64,000 nt of DNA from the human T2T-CHM13v2.0 reference genome, Homo sapiens, in the NCBI RefSeq assembly GCF_009914755.1, contig NC_060934.1. One strand, 5' to 3'. Shown here piece by piece: positions 60,033 to 64,000 of the stretch. The notes below the pieces were generated by a model. It saw nothing but the letters and a program-made list of their open reading frames with translations. It did not search any database and was not told where the DNA came from. A program made the position numbers and the translations under genes. Numbering within the stretch: the stretch's first letter is position 1; the number at the start of each line of letters is the position of its first letter.

Positions 60033-62079
60033 TAATATAATAATTCTTCTAATTCTGTCATGCTACCTTCTGTAATCTTTTAGTGTTTCCCTTTCCTTAC
60101 TGTAATCAGGCAAGACCACTGTTTCTGTAGTGACCATAACCTTGGGAATCTGCCAAGGGCACGCTGGGTGACAAATGGAAGGAGGCCTAAAGGAAGAAGG
60201 GTAGCAAGGCTGGGAAGGAAAATGAAACAGCCTTGAAAGTGTGAATGAAAACCTGCACAGGAAACACAGAATGTGTGACATTTGCCACCTTCCAGTTAGA
60301 AGGAGCCACCTCTTTTGTGTTTAAAGTCCAACTTGGCTTCCTTTGGGAATTTAAGATGCGGAATTTCATCTTATAGGTCTATCAATAGACCTATCAGTAT
60401 AGGTCCTCTCCTGTATTGATGGATTCAGCAAGAGTAGCATTCCCAGTCTCATGAAGCCTTTAGTCCCTGCAAAGGTGGTACTGGGGATGCCTGCCAAACA
60501 GATCTTTCTCTCAATAGATAATCCAATGTTGATGCTGCTACCATACTAGAATTTTCCTACAGAGAAGCTTGTTCCCTAGGCAGGAACTGGAGAAAAGCAC
60601 AACTTTCATTTCCCTTGGGAAGCATACATGGTTGATTTCATTGCGGCAAGTAACCCCACACCTGTGCTGTCTCAGTCTCCTGCACATTCAGTCAGACATT
60701 TATTGAGTGCCTGCTCTGCTGGCACCAGGCTCAAAGCTGGGAATACACAGAACGTACAGAACTGTATCCTGGGGTGGGGGTTAATCTCCCATTCCTAGCC
60801 AACCCTCTGGATTAAGCCCCTTGACACTGATATCAACCAGAACCACACCCAAGAACCTCAGGACCAAGCACTCTGGGAAAGAGCCCTGGCCTATTTCCCC
60901 AGACACCTCCCCTATCCCATTCCCCCACACCACCCCCTGCCACCAGCCTGCTCCTGCTTGAGCCAGACACAACCTCTTTCCCAATATAGACAGACGAGAG
61001 GTGAGCAGGGTCTGCTTGATGAAATTGGTCTATGGGCTGCCTCCAAGATCTGGCTGCAAGGAGAATGGACTGGAAATTGCATGGCCATTATCTTTGCTGA
61101 CAACCCCCTCTCCTCATCTTTCCAATATAATGAATTGCATGGAGAGCTCAGCTGTCATGAAAGCTTTTGAATTCCAGCCCTACCATCCTCCAGGACATCC
61201 TTAGAGGTTATCTCAGCAAGGCAGGTGGAAGAGGAAAGAGAAAAGCTTAACCCTATAAGAATAATTATGATGTATTATTAGCAACTGATGGCAATCTAAT
61301 GCAGGATTTTCAATATAGACGCTGCTGACTGTAATTTTTCTCTGTCATATGTGCACGCACTAAAAGACTACATTTAATGACTCCAAAGTTCAGAGCAGTT
61401 TCTCAAACTAAATTTAGTTCCTTAGAAGCAGTGTCTCAATACAGTCCATTTTCATAAAATAGAGATACAGTCTGAATATGGAAGATACTTTTCAGGGTAG
61501 ATGGAAATTTTAGGAATAGTATGCCTATAAGATAAGACCACTAGTTGGCATTAGTGTTGAGTTTACATGGCCATGCCAACTGCATTATGCGCCGAAATTG
61601 GAGTAGCACTGGAAATGACAGAACCTCATGAGCCATGGGATCTAATCATGCCATGAGTAACTTCCAGGCAGGAAATCTATCTTATTGGTTTCCATTTCCA
61701 GCTCCTGGCACAATGCTGGCCATGAGCAGAGGTTTGAGAAATGATTGCTGAACTCCCCTGTCCAAATCTTGCACACCTGCATCTAATGGACCCTGCCTAA
61801 TTTGCATCTGGAACACTAGCTATAAGGGAGTCTGGGAAATGTGGTGGTGAACTTTCCAACCTCCCTAACTAGAAGGAAGGTAGAGCAAGTTTGAGGACGC
61901 CAACATAGCATACCTACCATACTCTCTAATGACCCGCCCTCAGCTTACGCTCCCACCACCTTCCTGAGCCCCTCCCTGAGGGGCAGCACACGCCTAGAGC
62001 TGACTCCTGATCAGCCCACTCATGGACGCTGGTATCAATGAGGACAGGAGAACACAAGGCTGCCTGTGCTGCAGCCATA

Positions 62080-62300
62080 CAAGTTTTCCCTCAGTTTCTC
62101 AAAAGCTCCAAACTCTCCCTGGCCACAGGGACTTTGTGCATACTATTTCCCCTGCTAGAATGGTCTTCCCATTTCACCTACCATCCTCTTCTAGGTAACT
62201 TTATCCTTTGAATTGTAGCTTAAACATCATCTCCTCCAGGAATCTTTCCCTGACTCCCCAGACTAGATCACCTTCCCCTGTGAGATGCTCATTTAATACC
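62080..62300 (+). mobile_element. L2 fragment
   Basis: cagggactttgtgcatactatttcccctgctagaatg...catctcctccaggaatctttccctgac. Confidence 0.6.
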
Positions 62301-62639
62301 ACAGCATTTGTGGATTATTAACAGATCCCAGGCTCCCCTGATCAGCCACATACCATGACAGTGTGCCTGTGAGTCTCTTTGTCACCTCAGCCTGTAGGTC
62401 TAGACTGAACCTAGACTAGGCTGACACTTAGACTATCTCACCCCAACACCCACAGCCACAGTCCTTGTTCTCAAAGATGCACTGAAGTTGACAGTGATCT
62501 TCATGGCTTGCTTCATCCACACATTGATGAAGATGACACCCTAACATCCCAATTTTTGTTGTATAAGTACATTCACTGCTGAAGTATGTTTATACTTTAC
62601 AGCAATATCCCAGACATGCCACATGTTCCCTAAACACAT

Positions 62640-62865
62640 GGCATAGCAGTTGAAGACGTGGGCCTTGGTGTCAGGCAGACCTAAGTTCAAACCTTGGCTC
62701 TGACACTTAGTAGTCATGTCACCTGAAACAAGTTTCTGAGCTCTTTTTTTTCCTCATCTTTAAGAAGGGATAGTAAATATCAGCCTTGGAGAGTTATTAT
62801 AAGAACTAAGCAAAATAAACCAAGTGAGAGAGCAAGACATTGCCTGGCACCTAAGTGTATGTTAT
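62640..62865 (+). mobile_element. MIR
   Basis: gtcaggcagacctaagttcaaaccttggctctgacacttag...tcctcatctttaagaagggatag...tgcctggcac. Confidence 0.8.
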
Positions 62866-63199
62866 GATAATCATCATCATAAGAGGGTTCTTGGAGTCTT
62901 CGTTAGGTAGCATGTTATGTCAGTTTCTTTGGCTGAAGATGTCATATTTAACTCTTCCTCAGGACGATGGGAATGACTTTTGAGGCTCTCAATAGAAGAG
63001 ACAGCTAGAAATCCCTCTAGACTGTGTCCTGCACACACGGATCTAACAGGCCACCTAGAGCCCACCAGTATGTCAGAGGACACTGGCTCACACTCTTGGA
63101 AAGCAATGTGGAGATATTTACCAAAAGCTAAGAAAAACCTCCATCTTTTGACCCAATATTTTAACTCCTGGACGACATGCTAAAGGATTAATTCAATGA

Positions 63200-63517
<318 letters not shown>

Positions 63518-64000
63518 CCAAAAAGCTTTCTTTGTGAAGATGTTCACTAAAATCACTCAAGATTGGAAACCCTTCTGATTACCAATAATAAGGGATTGGT
63601 TTGGCAAATCAGCACACTGAGATTTTACAGCCATTAAATGGTTCACCATGAAGTCTCTGTAGAAAAATGAAAAAAAAAAAAAAAATGTTTCTTCTACAAT
63701 GTGAAGAGCAAATACCCAGTCTGGCAGAGGGCCTGCCAGACAAAACAACGACCAACAGGGAACACCCCAAAATTGAAAGAGTTGGGAAGGGGCAAGGTCA
63801 AGGAGATTTTAGAAAAATGTCCTTTAATATTCATTTTAATACTGTGCTGTTTTTACAGGTTTAAAATAATCATCCTACTGGGCATTTCTAGCAGATGATT
63901 GAAGCCTAAGGAAACCCTTGTCTTAACTAGTGGAAATAAAAGGGTCCTTCCTCAGTAGAACAGAGTTTGATGTCTTAAGTCCATGCTATAGATGAGATTT

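Overview
Primate (human-like) non-coding genomic DNA, intergenic or deep intronic. No intact protein-coding gene, structural RNA gene or CRISPR array is supported. Most of the window is nested transposable-element debris: about 20 Alus, L1PA/L1MA/L1M LINEs, L2, MIR, MaLR/ERVL/ERV1 solo LTRs, and hAT/TcMar DNA transposons including a near full-length Tigger1. It also holds one processed RPL17 pseudogene that landed inside an Alu, two minisatellites, a strong CTCF motif and several repeat-free blocks rich in TAAT motifs that look like enhancers. I see no new biological system. The most interesting signals are traces of DNA repair and retrotransposition: (1) a 23-nt patch copied from 1.7 kb away that replaces the G-rich tract of a twin-primed L1; (2) an AluJ followed by a polyadenylated unique 3' tag inside one TSD; (3) a 96-nt L1-mobilised copy of an ERV LTR transcript end; (4) a 58-bp hairpin-bearing tandem array with two variant types in a MER52 LTR; (5) a 190-bp dispersed duplication. 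Repeat subfamily names come from recalled consensus sequences and should be confirmed with RepeatMasker/Dfam.
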